A DNA stretch of 64,000 nucleotides from an uncultured Acidobacteriota bacterium (GTDB lineage Bacteria > Acidobacteriota > JAQAZP01): contig CAWIIB010000009.1 of the NCBI GenBank assembly GCA_963836075.1, forward strand, positions 3,392,001-3,456,000, written 5' to 3'. The notes under the pieces are model-generated. The model made no database searches. It was given only the letters and a program-made list of their open reading frames with translations, and had not been told where the DNA came from. Below are positions 20,067-28,207 of this stretch, piece by piece. Numbering within the stretch: position 1 is the first letter of the stretch; each line of letters opens with the position of its first letter. The translations under genes and the position numbers were made by a program.

Positions 20067-21299
20067 TCAGCGCGGATCCACGACCCGGCCCATGAAGAGG
20101 ATTTCGTTGTCCGGCCCCATGATCATGTAGATGAACGGGTGGTCGGCCCGGAACAGTTCGGGCGGCATCGGCATTGAAGTGGTGGCGATCATGCCGGCGG
20201 TGGCCGCCGCGGCCTCGGTGCCCTCCTCGTTGACCTCCACGAAGGCCTGGTGGATCACCGCCGAGAGGAAAAGCCTCTTTTGCGGGTCCATGCCCGAGAA
20301 GTCGGCGCTCGGTTTGAACGCCTCCTTCATCCCCAGGGCGGCCAGCGCCTGGTTCAGCTGGAACTTTGTCTCCACCCGGAAGCGGGGCAGCAGCAGGTCC
20401 ACTTCCTGCCGGCGCATGTTGGCCAGCCAGTCATTCAACAGATCGACCTCCAGACGGCGTTCCAGGGCCGGGAGCCCTCCGGCCTTTTCGGGGAGCAGGA
20501 CCACCATGGAGAGCCCGCCCTTGCCGTAGGACATCCGCAGCAGCTGCAGCCCGTCGGCTTTCCCGTACTGGAAATACTCCTTGATCCGCATCAGCGGCAC
20601 GTCCACCTCGGAACCGGAGGCCAGAGTGAAGGGCAGGTCGCTGGTCCGTTTCTCGTCGAAAGGTTCCTTCCATCGGCCCTTGAAGTAGATGGCATTGGTC
20701 AGCACCAGCCGGGTGTTGCTGTTCAGCACCCCCGGCTGGATCAGATCCTTGATCCGGTCCTCGGTCTGTTCCTCCACCCAGCGGTTGATGGTCTGGCGGG
20801 ACTGCTCGGTGGCCCCGACAAAGTCGAGGGGCCGCAGTTCGGCCTCATAGTTGGCCTGCACCGTGTCGATGAACGGCCTGGCGAACTCGAAGCCCTGCTG
20901 GGGCCAGAGGGCGTTGGCTGTTCGCAGCTTGACCCCGCTCTCCTCGCGGGCCCGTTCCAGGTTTGCCACCAGCTCGGCAAACGCCGGGTGGAGCTGTTGC
21001 TGACCGAGGGTGAAGCCCAGTGCCCGGGCCATCTCTTTTTCCGTGTCCCCCCGGGCTCCGGCCCAGGTCATGGCCAGGGCGGTGGAGATGCTGTGCGGAG
21101 AGAAGAAGATGTTCCCCTCTTCCTGACCCAGCTGGCGGTACAGCCTCAAGGCAAAGTCGGTGTTGTCGCGGGCCAGTTGCATTGCGGCTCCCTCCATCGG
21201 GCCGGCGCTTCCGGCAACCGGCCGGGGTGTGCAACAGAGCCCCAGGCAGGCCATCAGGGCCGTCATCAGTACCATCGTGCTTTTTCTGGTCATGATCAT
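20067..21299 (-). CDS. Serpin (serine protease inhibitor), secreted or lipoprotein
   Basis: Motifs NIFFSPHSIS.ALAM, INRWVEEQTEDRIKDL, LVLTNAIYFKGRW, hinge EVNEEGTEAAAAT and FRADHPF...ILFMGRV. Confidence 0.96.
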   Translation of the reverse strand: MIMTRKSTMVLMTALMACLGLCCTPRPVAGSAGPMEGAAMQLARDNTDFALRLYRQLGQEEGNIFFSPHSISTALAMTWAGARGDTEKEMARALGFTLGQQQLHPAFAELVANLERAREESGVKLRTANALWPQQGFEFARPFIDTVQANYEAELRPLDFVGATEQSRQTINRWVEEQTEDRIKDLIQPGVLNSNTRLVLTNAIYFKGRWKEPFDEKRTSDLPFTLASGSEVDVPLMRIKEYFQYGKADGLQLLRMSYGKGGLSMVVLLPEKAGGLPALERRLEVDLLNDWLANMRRQEVDLLLPRFRVETKFQLNQALAALGMKEAFKPSADFSGMDPQKRLFLSAVIHQAFVEVNEEGTEAAAATAGMIATTSMPMPPELFRADHPFIYMIMGPDNEILFMGRVVDPR

Positions 21300-21378
21300 C
21301 CTCCCCTTCAGGGATGGCCGTTCACCGGTTGTCGGTCCAGATCTCTCACTCCATGATACGGGATTCCGCGCCGGCCTG

Positions 21379-23571
21379 TCAGTTCAGGCCTTCCCGGGAC
21401 AGCGGCACCAGTTTCGCCGACTTCAGCAGCAGGTCAAATGGCTGGTGGGCCGGGTTGGCCTGCACCAGACAGTTTATCCGGTAATGGGCCGCTCTGCCCA
21501 CCGCCACGGGGATCCCCTCCAGGGTCTCCGCTCCCCGGAGATCATCGATGTTGATCAGTTCCACTCCGGCCAGTTCCAGGGAGAGGGACAGGGGCACGTC
21601 CCCGTTGGCCACGCTGCCTGTGTGAGCCAGCTCGAGCACCAGCTGCCAGTCCCCCCGGGGGATCCGGGTCAGCCAGCGGAAGTGGACCCGTTCCCTGAAA
21701 CGCAGTCCCTGTCCTTCCCTGGTCATCTTCACCGGCCGGTTGAGGGTGGAGGGGAAGGCGTTGCGGCCGTGCAGCAGCAGGACATCTCCCGGACCTGGTT
21801 CCACCAGGATGCCGTCCAGGGGGGCGACATCCTTTTCCTGTCCCTGCAGCGCATCCAGACGGTAGAGGACGTCGCGGTTCTTGTAGCGGGTGACCGGTTC
21901 CAGGCCGTCCAGCCGGCTTAGCCGGTCGAGGATCAGCTGGTTGGTTTTCATCGTGCTCCAGTTGCGGTGCAGCAGGACGGTGTTGACCCCGCAGTTGATC
22001 ATGTGGTCCAGGAAGGCCGGACCCAGGCCATGGGGCAGGGTCTGATCGCTCACCCGGTACATCCACTCGGTCACCGGCGGAATGATGCCCGACCGGCCGA
22101 TGGCCAGCGGGTGAAAGTGAAAGGTCGAGCAGTACATCGGGAGATACTGGTGATGTTTGGCGTGGGTGGGCAGCTCGAGCAGCACAGTGCCCTCCGGCAT
22201 CGCGGCGATGTCGCGGTAGGATGGGGACATGGACGAGGGCAGGGGCAGCGGCTTGGCCGGCAGCTGCAAGCTCACCGCCTCCATGAGGACGAGGAGCGCG
22301 AGCAGCAACGCGGCGGACCAGGCGCGGGCATTGGTTTTACCGGCCAGGATCCTCTGCAGGCCCAGGCCGGCCAGCAGCGCGCCCGAGAAGTGGAAGAGCA
22401 GCACCAGCCGGGCGGGGACCCGCAGGCCCTGGACTCCCGGCACCCAGTGGTAGAGCAGGGCATAGGGCAGGGGGATCAGTCTTCGGCCCTCACCGGTGTC
22501 CAGAAAGAAGCCGGGCCCCAGAGAGAATATCAGTGCTGCCCCGGCGGTGAGCAGGAGCAGGATCCAGGTGCGGCGGTGCGGTCGCAGTGCCGGCCCGGCC
22601 CGCACCACGGCGCAGAGCCCGCAGGCCAGCAAGAGGGTGAAAACGAGGCCCGGGTAGAGTTGGTGTTCCCCGGCACGGACCTCGGTCGACGGCTCCGGCG
22701 GCAGCAGTCTGAACAGACTGCGGTGCAGCAGGGTGTAGTGGGAGGGGTGAAGAAAATCTCCCGGCCTGGCCGAGAACTTGATGTTCTCACCCGTGGACCG
22801 CACCAGATCATAGTGCCGGCTGACCTCGAAATAGGTCGGCACAAAGGGCGCCAGCGCCGTGGCAATGACCAGACCGGCGCAGAGCAGCCCCGCGGCTTTG
22901 CGCCGGCCGTCTTTCATGCCGAAGCTGAAAGCGGCCACCGTGCCGCAGGTGAGCAGCGTCCAGATCAGGGCCTGGTAAAAACTGCAGAGCACCTGGAGCA
23001 CCGAAAAAAGAGTGAACAGGGTCAAAGGGCGCCAGCGGGTCCGCCCGGCGCGCAGGAAGCTGAGCAGGAAGTAGAAACAGAAGGGCAGCCACTGGGTGGA
23101 GAGGATGTGCAGGTGCTTGATCTGGGCCGTGCGGTAGGGGAAGAAGGCGAAGAGGATGCCCGCGGCCAGCGACGCCGGTCGCGAGAGGCCGAGGCTGCGG
23201 GCGCAGAACCAGACGCCCCAGCCGCTGAGGGTCAGGCTGAGCGCCAGCAGCAGGTTGTAACTGAGCACCGGGTTGCCGGTGAGCCGGTAGAGCGGTATGA
23301 AGAAGAGTGCCTGGGAGAAGAGGTGGTCGGCAAAGGCCAGCGAGTTCTTTTCCGGGTGGCAGATGTTGGCATCGAAATAGGACGGCGCCGCACCGGAGAA
23401 CCAGTGGTCGTTCCAGCAGAGCGTCCAGAGCTCCAGCAGCGGGTCTCCATCGCCGCCGATGATCTCGTTGCCGCCGGTCAGGGGGAGAGGCCACAGAAAG
23501 ACCAGGGCGAGGGCAAAGAGCATCGCGCCAACACCGAGGTGCACCAGGCTCCTTTTCAGCACCTCCCGCAT
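21379..23571 (-). CDS. Polytopic membrane protein, GT-C/YfhO-like putative glycosyltransferase
   Basis: Start MREVLKRS. Motifs GDGDPLLELWTL.W, FDANICHPEKNSLAFADH, AFFPYR...HLH and GLRVPARL, with more than 10 TM segments and a soluble C-terminal part. Confidence 0.65.
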   Translation of the reverse strand: MREVLKRSLVHLGVGAMLFALALVFLWPLPLTGGNEIIGGDGDPLLELWTLCWNDHWFSGAAPSYFDANICHPEKNSLAFADHLFSQALFFIPLYRLTGNPVLSYNLLLALSLTLSGWGVWFCARSLGLSRPASLAAGILFAFFPYRTAQIKHLHILSTQWLPFCFYFLLSFLRAGRTRWRPLTLFTLFSVLQVLCSFYQALIWTLLTCGTVAAFSFGMKDGRRKAAGLLCAGLVIATALAPFVPTYFEVSRHYDLVRSTGENIKFSARPGDFLHPSHYTLLHRSLFRLLPPEPSTEVRAGEHQLYPGLVFTLLLACGLCAVVRAGPALRPHRRTWILLLLTAGAALIFSLGPGFFLDTGEGRRLIPLPYALLYHWVPGVQGLRVPARLVLLFHFSGALLAGLGLQRILAGKTNARAWSAALLLALLVLMEAVSLQLPAKPLPLPSSMSPSYRDIAAMPEGTVLLELPTHAKHHQYLPMYCSTFHFHPLAIGRSGIIPPVTEWMYRVSDQTLPHGLGPAFLDHMINCGVNTVLLHRNWSTMKTNQLILDRLSRLDGLEPVTRYKNRDVLYRLDALQGQEKDVAPLDGILVEPGPGDVLLLHGRNAFPSTLNRPVKMTREGQGLRFRERVHFRWLTRIPRGDWQLVLELAHTGSVANGDVPLSLSLELAGVELINIDDLRGAETLEGIPVAVGRAAHYRINCLVQANPAHQPFDLLLKSAKLVPLSREGLN

Positions 23572-23600
23572 CGATCCGGCTCCCCGGTTCGTCGCGCTTC

Positions 23601-24794
23601 CTACCGTCCCGGGCCTACCGCCTCGAGCAGCGCCTCGTTGGTCGGGTACTGATCCATCAGCTGCAGCATCTTCTCCATGGCGTCCCGCGGCTGCATCTCG
23701 ATGAGAATCCGGCGAAGTTTGTTGATCCGCTGTCCTTCCTCGGGGCCAAAGAGTCGCTCTTCCTTGCGTGTGCCGCTGGCCGGGATGTTGATCGCGGGGA
23801 AGATCCGCTCTTCGGCCAGCTTGCGGTCCAGGATGATCTCGCTGTTGCCGGTCCCCTTGAACTCTTCGAAGATCAGGGTGTCCATCCGCGAGCCGGTGTC
23901 CACCAGCGCCGTGGCCAGGATGGTCACCGATCCGCCGTTTTCGATGTTGCGGGCCATACCGAAGAAACGGCGCGGGATCTCCATCGCCCCGGCGCCCAGA
24001 CCGCCGGACATGGTCCGCCCGGTGTTGGTGCTCTTCAGGTTGTAGGCCCGGCCCATGCGGGTCAGGCTGTCCACCAGTATCGCCACATCCTTGCCGCACT
24101 CCAGCTCGGTGCGCGCGTGGGCCTGAGTCAGCTCCACCAGCTCCACCTGCTGTTCCACGCTCTGGTCGCTGGAACTGGCCAGCACGTCGGCATACTCCAC
24201 CGCGCGGCGGAACCAGGTCACCTCTTCGGGCCGCTCATCCACCAGCAGGACGATGATCCGGGTGCTGGGGTCGTGGGCGTGGATGGCGTTGGCCAGCTTC
24301 TCGAGGATCATCGTCTTGCCCGCCTTGGGCGGGGAAACGATCAGTCCCCTGGTACCCTTGCCGATGGGGGCCACCATGTCGATGACCCGCATGGTGATGT
24401 CACCGCCGGCCGCCAGGTGAAACCGTTCCTCGGGATCGAGGGCGGTGAGTTCGGTGTAAGGCCGGCGTTTGCGGAAGTCCTCCGGCGGCTGCCCGCAGAC
24501 AGTCTCCACCGAGAACAGTTCGAGACCCCGTTTGCCCTTGCGCGCCTCGCCGGTGATCGCCGCGCCGGTGACCAGCCCGTAATTCTTGATCATCGAGGGG
24601 TGGACGCTGGCATCGCCGGGGCCGGGCCGGAACGATTTGGCCGGGTCGCGCAGGATGCCGAACCCCTTGGGGTTGATTTTCAGGATGCCGCTTGCTTTCT
24701 CCGGCATGGCGGTGTTTCCTCCTCGGGAAGGTTCTCTGCGCCGTGAACGGTTGCTGTTCCGGCGGGCCCGGTCGCTTTTCTTGTTGTTGTGCAT
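23601..24794 (-). CDS. rho: Transcription termination factor Rho (short, divergent N-terminus)
   Basis: Motifs PIGKGTRGLIVSPPKAGKT, LVDERPEEVT, DSLTRMGRAYN, FFGMARNIENGGS, FEEFKGTGNSE and SGTRKEE. Confidence 0.93.
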   Translation of the reverse strand: MHNNKKSDRARRNSNRSRRREPSRGGNTAMPEKASGILKINPKGFGILRDPAKSFRPGPGDASVHPSMIKNYGLVTGAAITGEARKGKRGLELFSVETVCGQPPEDFRKRRPYTELTALDPEERFHLAAGGDITMRVIDMVAPIGKGTRGLIVSPPKAGKTMILEKLANAIHAHDPSTRIIVLLVDERPEEVTWFRRAVEYADVLASSSDQSVEQQVELVELTQAHARTELECGKDVAILVDSLTRMGRAYNLKSTNTGRTMSGGLGAGAMEIPRRFFGMARNIENGGSVTILATALVDTGSRMDTLIFEEFKGTGNSEIILDRKLAEERIFPAINIPASGTRKEERLFGPEEGQRINKLRRILIEMQPRDAMEKMLQLMDQYPTNEALLEAVGPGR

Positions 24795-24802
24795 CGATAT
24801 CC

Positions 24803-25870
24803 CTATACGTTGAAACGGATGCTCAGGATGTCGCCATCCTGAACCGGATACGTTTTTCCTTCCAGGCGGAAGCGGCCCTTTTCCCTGACCACCTTTTCCG
24901 AGCCGCTCTCCATCAGGTCGTCATAGGAGAAGCACTCGGCGCGGATAAAGCCGCGGGCCAGGTCGCTGTGGATCACCGCGGCGGCCTCCAGGGCCGTTTG
25001 CCCGCGGATGATGTTCCAGGCCCGCACTTCATCCTCACCGACGGTGAAGAAACTGATATTGCCCACCGTCTCGTAGGCCAGCCGGGTCAGCCGGGCCCGG
25101 GCCGACTCGCTGATCCCCAGGTCCTCCATGAAGGCCGCAGCCTCCTCCTGGTCCATGCGGGCCAGTTCCATCTCGAAGTTGCCGGCGAATTCGATCACCG
25201 TGTGGTGCTCCCGGAGGTGCTCCACCAGGCTGTTGTTCTTGCCGTAGGTCTCCTCGTCGGCGTTGAGGATCACGATCAGCGGCTTTTGCGAGAGGAACTG
25301 GAACCCGCGCACCGCCCGCGCCTCTTCGGCGGTCATTTCCATCCGGCGCAGGGGCAGGCCGCCCTCCAACTGCTCCATCATCCGCCGCAGCACCTGCTCC
25401 TCGACCTTGGCCTCGTTGTCCTGCAGGCCCCGCTTCTTGCCCCACGCGATCCGCTCCAGCCGCTTCTCGGCCACGATCATGTCGGAGATGATCAGCTCGT
25501 CCTCGATCTCGGCCACGTCCTGCACCGGGGTTGGCGGGTCTTCCAGTGCGTCGACGAACCGGCGGACCACCAGGGCCAGAGCGTCGGCGTTGCGCACCAT
25601 GGTCATGGCCTCTCCGGAGAAGAGGCCCTCCCGGGCCGAGCCCTCGCTGAGACCGGCGAAGTCCACCAGCTCCACCGTGGCCCGGACGGTCTTCTTTGGC
25701 TTGTAGAGGGCGCTCAACCGCTCCACCCGGCCGTCCTCCACGTCCACCATTGCCAGGTTCGGTTCGCCCCTGGTGTTGGCGAAGCTGGTCACTTCGGCCT
25801 CGGAACGGGAAAGGGCGTTGAAGATGGTGGTCTTGCCGGAGTTCGGCAGACCGATCAGTCCGATTTTCAT
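24803..25870 (-). CDS. ychF: YchF/Ola1-family Obg-like ATPase (divergent)
   Basis: Motifs MKIGLIGLPNSGKTT, VDFAGL, FFTVGEDEVRAW, IHSDLARGFIRAE and RLEGKTY.VQDGD. Confidence 0.85.
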   Translation of the reverse strand: MKIGLIGLPNSGKTTIFNALSRSEAEVTSFANTRGEPNLAMVDVEDGRVERLSALYKPKKTVRATVELVDFAGLSEGSAREGLFSGEAMTMVRNADALALVVRRFVDALEDPPTPVQDVAEIEDELIISDMIVAEKRLERIAWGKKRGLQDNEAKVEEQVLRRMMEQLEGGLPLRRMEMTAEEARAVRGFQFLSQKPLIVILNADEETYGKNNSLVEHLREHHTVIEFAGNFEMELARMDQEEAAAFMEDLGISESARARLTRLAYETVGNISFFTVGEDEVRAWNIIRGQTALEAAAVIHSDLARGFIRAECFSYDDLMESGSEKVVREKGRFRLEGKTYPVQDGDILSIRFNV

Positions 25871-25989
25871 GTTGCGGTCTCGTCCAGATGGTCCGGACCA
25901 CGGGTGCAGTACAACGGCGGCCGAAGGCCGCCCGCCGCGGAGCCGGGACCGGGATGTTTTCGATTCAGGGAGCCTCGGTCTACCGGAGG

Positions 25990-27906
25990 TCACTCGACAT
26001 AGATGGTCAGCATGTCTCCGGGGTAAATGCGCACCGATGGGAGCTCGTTCCAGCGGCAGATGGAACGGACCGAGGTTTTGTATCTCTTGGCGATGGCGGA
26101 GAGGGTATCCCCCCGCCGGACCCTGTAGGCCACCCTCTGGCTGCCGCCGGAGGAACCGCCGCCCGATGACCGCTGGCCGCAGTGGATGGTCAGCCGCTGG
26201 CCAGGGTGGATCAGGCTTCTTTCCGAAATCTTGTTCCAGCGGGCGATGCTGGAGCTGGTCGTGCCATACCTGGCGGCGATCTTGTTCAGGCTGTCGCCCC
26301 GCCGCACCCGGTAGGTGATCCGCTTTCCCGGTTCGTAATCAGCGGCCCTGCTGCCGCCGGAGGCCCCCTGGCCGGTCCAGGACGGCGCATTGGGCCCGGT
26401 GGGGATCAGCAGTGTCTGGTTCAGGCTGAGCACGCTCCTGGAGTTGATGCCGTTCATCTGGCAGATGGCGGTCACCGTGGTGCGATACTTGCGGGCCAGG
26501 TCGTAGAGCGTGTCCCCCCGGCGCACGCTGTGGATCTTGGGCACCACCCGCTGATCGGCGGGGATTTTGGCAAAGGCGGTGTCGAACGCCGCGGCCCGGC
26601 CGTGGGGGATTTTCAGTTCGTAAGGCACCCGGTTGGGCGGGGTGGTTCCATACTTCAGGTCGAGGTTGAGGTCACGGATGGTGCGCAGGTCGGTGCCGGC
26701 GCAGAGCGCCACCTTGTCCAGGTCGACCCAGCTGTCCACGGTCACCTTGTCATAGAGCATCGGCTCCGCCGGCGTGATGTGAAAGCCGTACCGTTCGGGG
26801 TCGCGGAGGATGATCACCGCGGCCATGATGGCCGGCACATAGTTCCGTGTTTCGCGCACCAGGTGGCGGGAACTGGATATCTTCCAGAAGTCCCGGGTGC
26901 CGGAACGGCGGATCGCCCGCTCCACCCGGCCCTGGCCGGCGTTGTATGCCGCCATGGCCAGTTTCCAGTCGCCCAGGTCCTGGTAGAGGTCCTTGAGGTG
27001 CCGGGCCGCGGCGCGGGTGGCCTTTTCCGGATCTCCCCGTTCGTCCTGCCAGCTGTCGATGCGCAGGTCGTAGAGCCGGGCCGTCCCCTTCATGAACTGC
27101 CACATCCCGTAAGCCTTGGCCCGGGAGAGGGCCTTGGTCTTGTAGCCGCTCTCCACCAGGGCCATGGCGGCCAGCTCGGTGGGAACCCCTGTTTCGGTGA
27201 AGATCTCGCGGATCATGTCGATCCAGGCGCCGCGGCGGACCATCGAATCCTGGAAGAACTTGCGGTCCTGGTTCTGGTAACGCTGGATGAAATAGCGCAC
27301 GCGGCTGTTGGTCTCCACCGGCAGGTCCTGGACCGCGGCGCGGCGGGATTCCTCCACCACCGGCGGTTCCTCCGGTTCACCGTCACCGGGAAGTTCTCCG
27401 GCGTCGAGGTCGGCCAGGCCGTCCACCGGTGCCGGCTCGCTCTCCTCCACCCACTTTTCCTCCTCCTCCATGTGCAGGACCACCGTTTCCTTCAGCGGGG
27501 TGACCCGGGAGTAGAGGTCGTCGAAGGCCGCGGCCAGCCGCTGGTCATCCCGCATCATGTCGGAGTGACCGGCGTAGACGCTGAGGGCCAGGGCGAACTG
27601 GGCTTCGGCCCGTTCCCAGTCCTCGTCGATATAGGCCTGGCAGCCATCGCGGTAGTGCTGTTCGGCCCGGGAGATGATCTGGTCCACCAGGGCGTTGACC
27701 GTCGGCTCCGGATCTTCGTAGGTCACCGTGGCGTATCCCCGCTCCGGGGTCGTTGCCGGCGGGGACGGCTGGTGCCGGGCACTGCAGGAGGAGAGCAGGG
27801 GGACAACGATCAGGAGGGCGCAGAGCAGGGCCGTCAGACCGCTGCCGCCAATACCGACCGTTGCTGGAGATTGTCGTACGCGGGAGGGTGAATCAAACTC
27901 GCGCAT
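25990..27906 (-). CDS. MltD-like lytic transglycosylase lipoprotein with 3 LysM domains
   Basis: Lipobox LLSSC, SLT motifs LVESGY, AYGMWQFM, AAYNAG and ETRNYVP, and three VRRGD(T/S)L..(I/L)A.(K/R)Y LysM repeats. Confidence 0.93.
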   Translation of the reverse strand: MREFDSPSRVRQSPATVGIGGSGLTALLCALLIVVPLLSSCSARHQPSPPATTPERGYATVTYEDPEPTVNALVDQIISRAEQHYRDGCQAYIDEDWERAEAQFALALSVYAGHSDMMRDDQRLAAAFDDLYSRVTPLKETVVLHMEEEEKWVEESEPAPVDGLADLDAGELPGDGEPEEPPVVEESRRAAVQDLPVETNSRVRYFIQRYQNQDRKFFQDSMVRRGAWIDMIREIFTETGVPTELAAMALVESGYKTKALSRAKAYGMWQFMKGTARLYDLRIDSWQDERGDPEKATRAAARHLKDLYQDLGDWKLAMAAYNAGQGRVERAIRRSGTRDFWKISSSRHLVRETRNYVPAIMAAVIILRDPERYGFHITPAEPMLYDKVTVDSWVDLDKVALCAGTDLRTIRDLNLDLKYGTTPPNRVPYELKIPHGRAAAFDTAFAKIPADQRVVPKIHSVRRGDTLYDLARKYRTTVTAICQMNGINSRSVLSLNQTLLIPTGPNAPSWTGQGASGGSRAADYEPGKRITYRVRRGDSLNKIAARYGTTSSSIARWNKISERSLIHPGQRLTIHCGQRSSGGGSSGGSQRVAYRVRRGDTLSAIAKRYKTSVRSICRWNELPSVRIYPGDMLTIYVE

Positions 27907-28163
27907 TATCTATCTGGTCCTTCCTGGAGTACGTCGTCCGTTGTGTATGAAACACGTCCACTGCGGCCACTGCTCACCGTGCCGCCGTTCTGTTCCGCTG
28001 CCATTCAGGTTACCGTACAGCCGTTCGGCAACATGATGGCTTTTCTGGAGGGGGGGATTGACTTCCGGGGGTGGAACAGGCACCGAAAGCCTTTATTGTT
28101 GTTATTGTGCGGGAAAAGTAGCACAGCCACTGTATAACGTCAAGACGATTCCGGGCCATTGAG

Positions 28164-28206
28164 TGTCATCGCGAGGAGCAGGCGCAGCCTGCGACGTGGC
28201 GATCTC
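28164..28206. repeat. Short palindromic REP/RPE-like element
   Basis: TGTCATCGCGAGGAGCAGGCGCAGCCTGCGACGTGGCGATCTC resembles the widespread GTCATTGCGAGGAGC...GCGAC..GGCAATCTC intergenic repeat class (recognised from memory). It has an internal GCAGGC/GCCTGC stem. Confidence 0.55.
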
Positions 28207-28207
28207 C

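Noticed and set aside
21379-24099. 906-aa version of the membrane protein overlapping rho
   Set aside because: The N-terminal extension overlaps rho in another frame. The ATG at 23571 after the rho stop is the plausible start.
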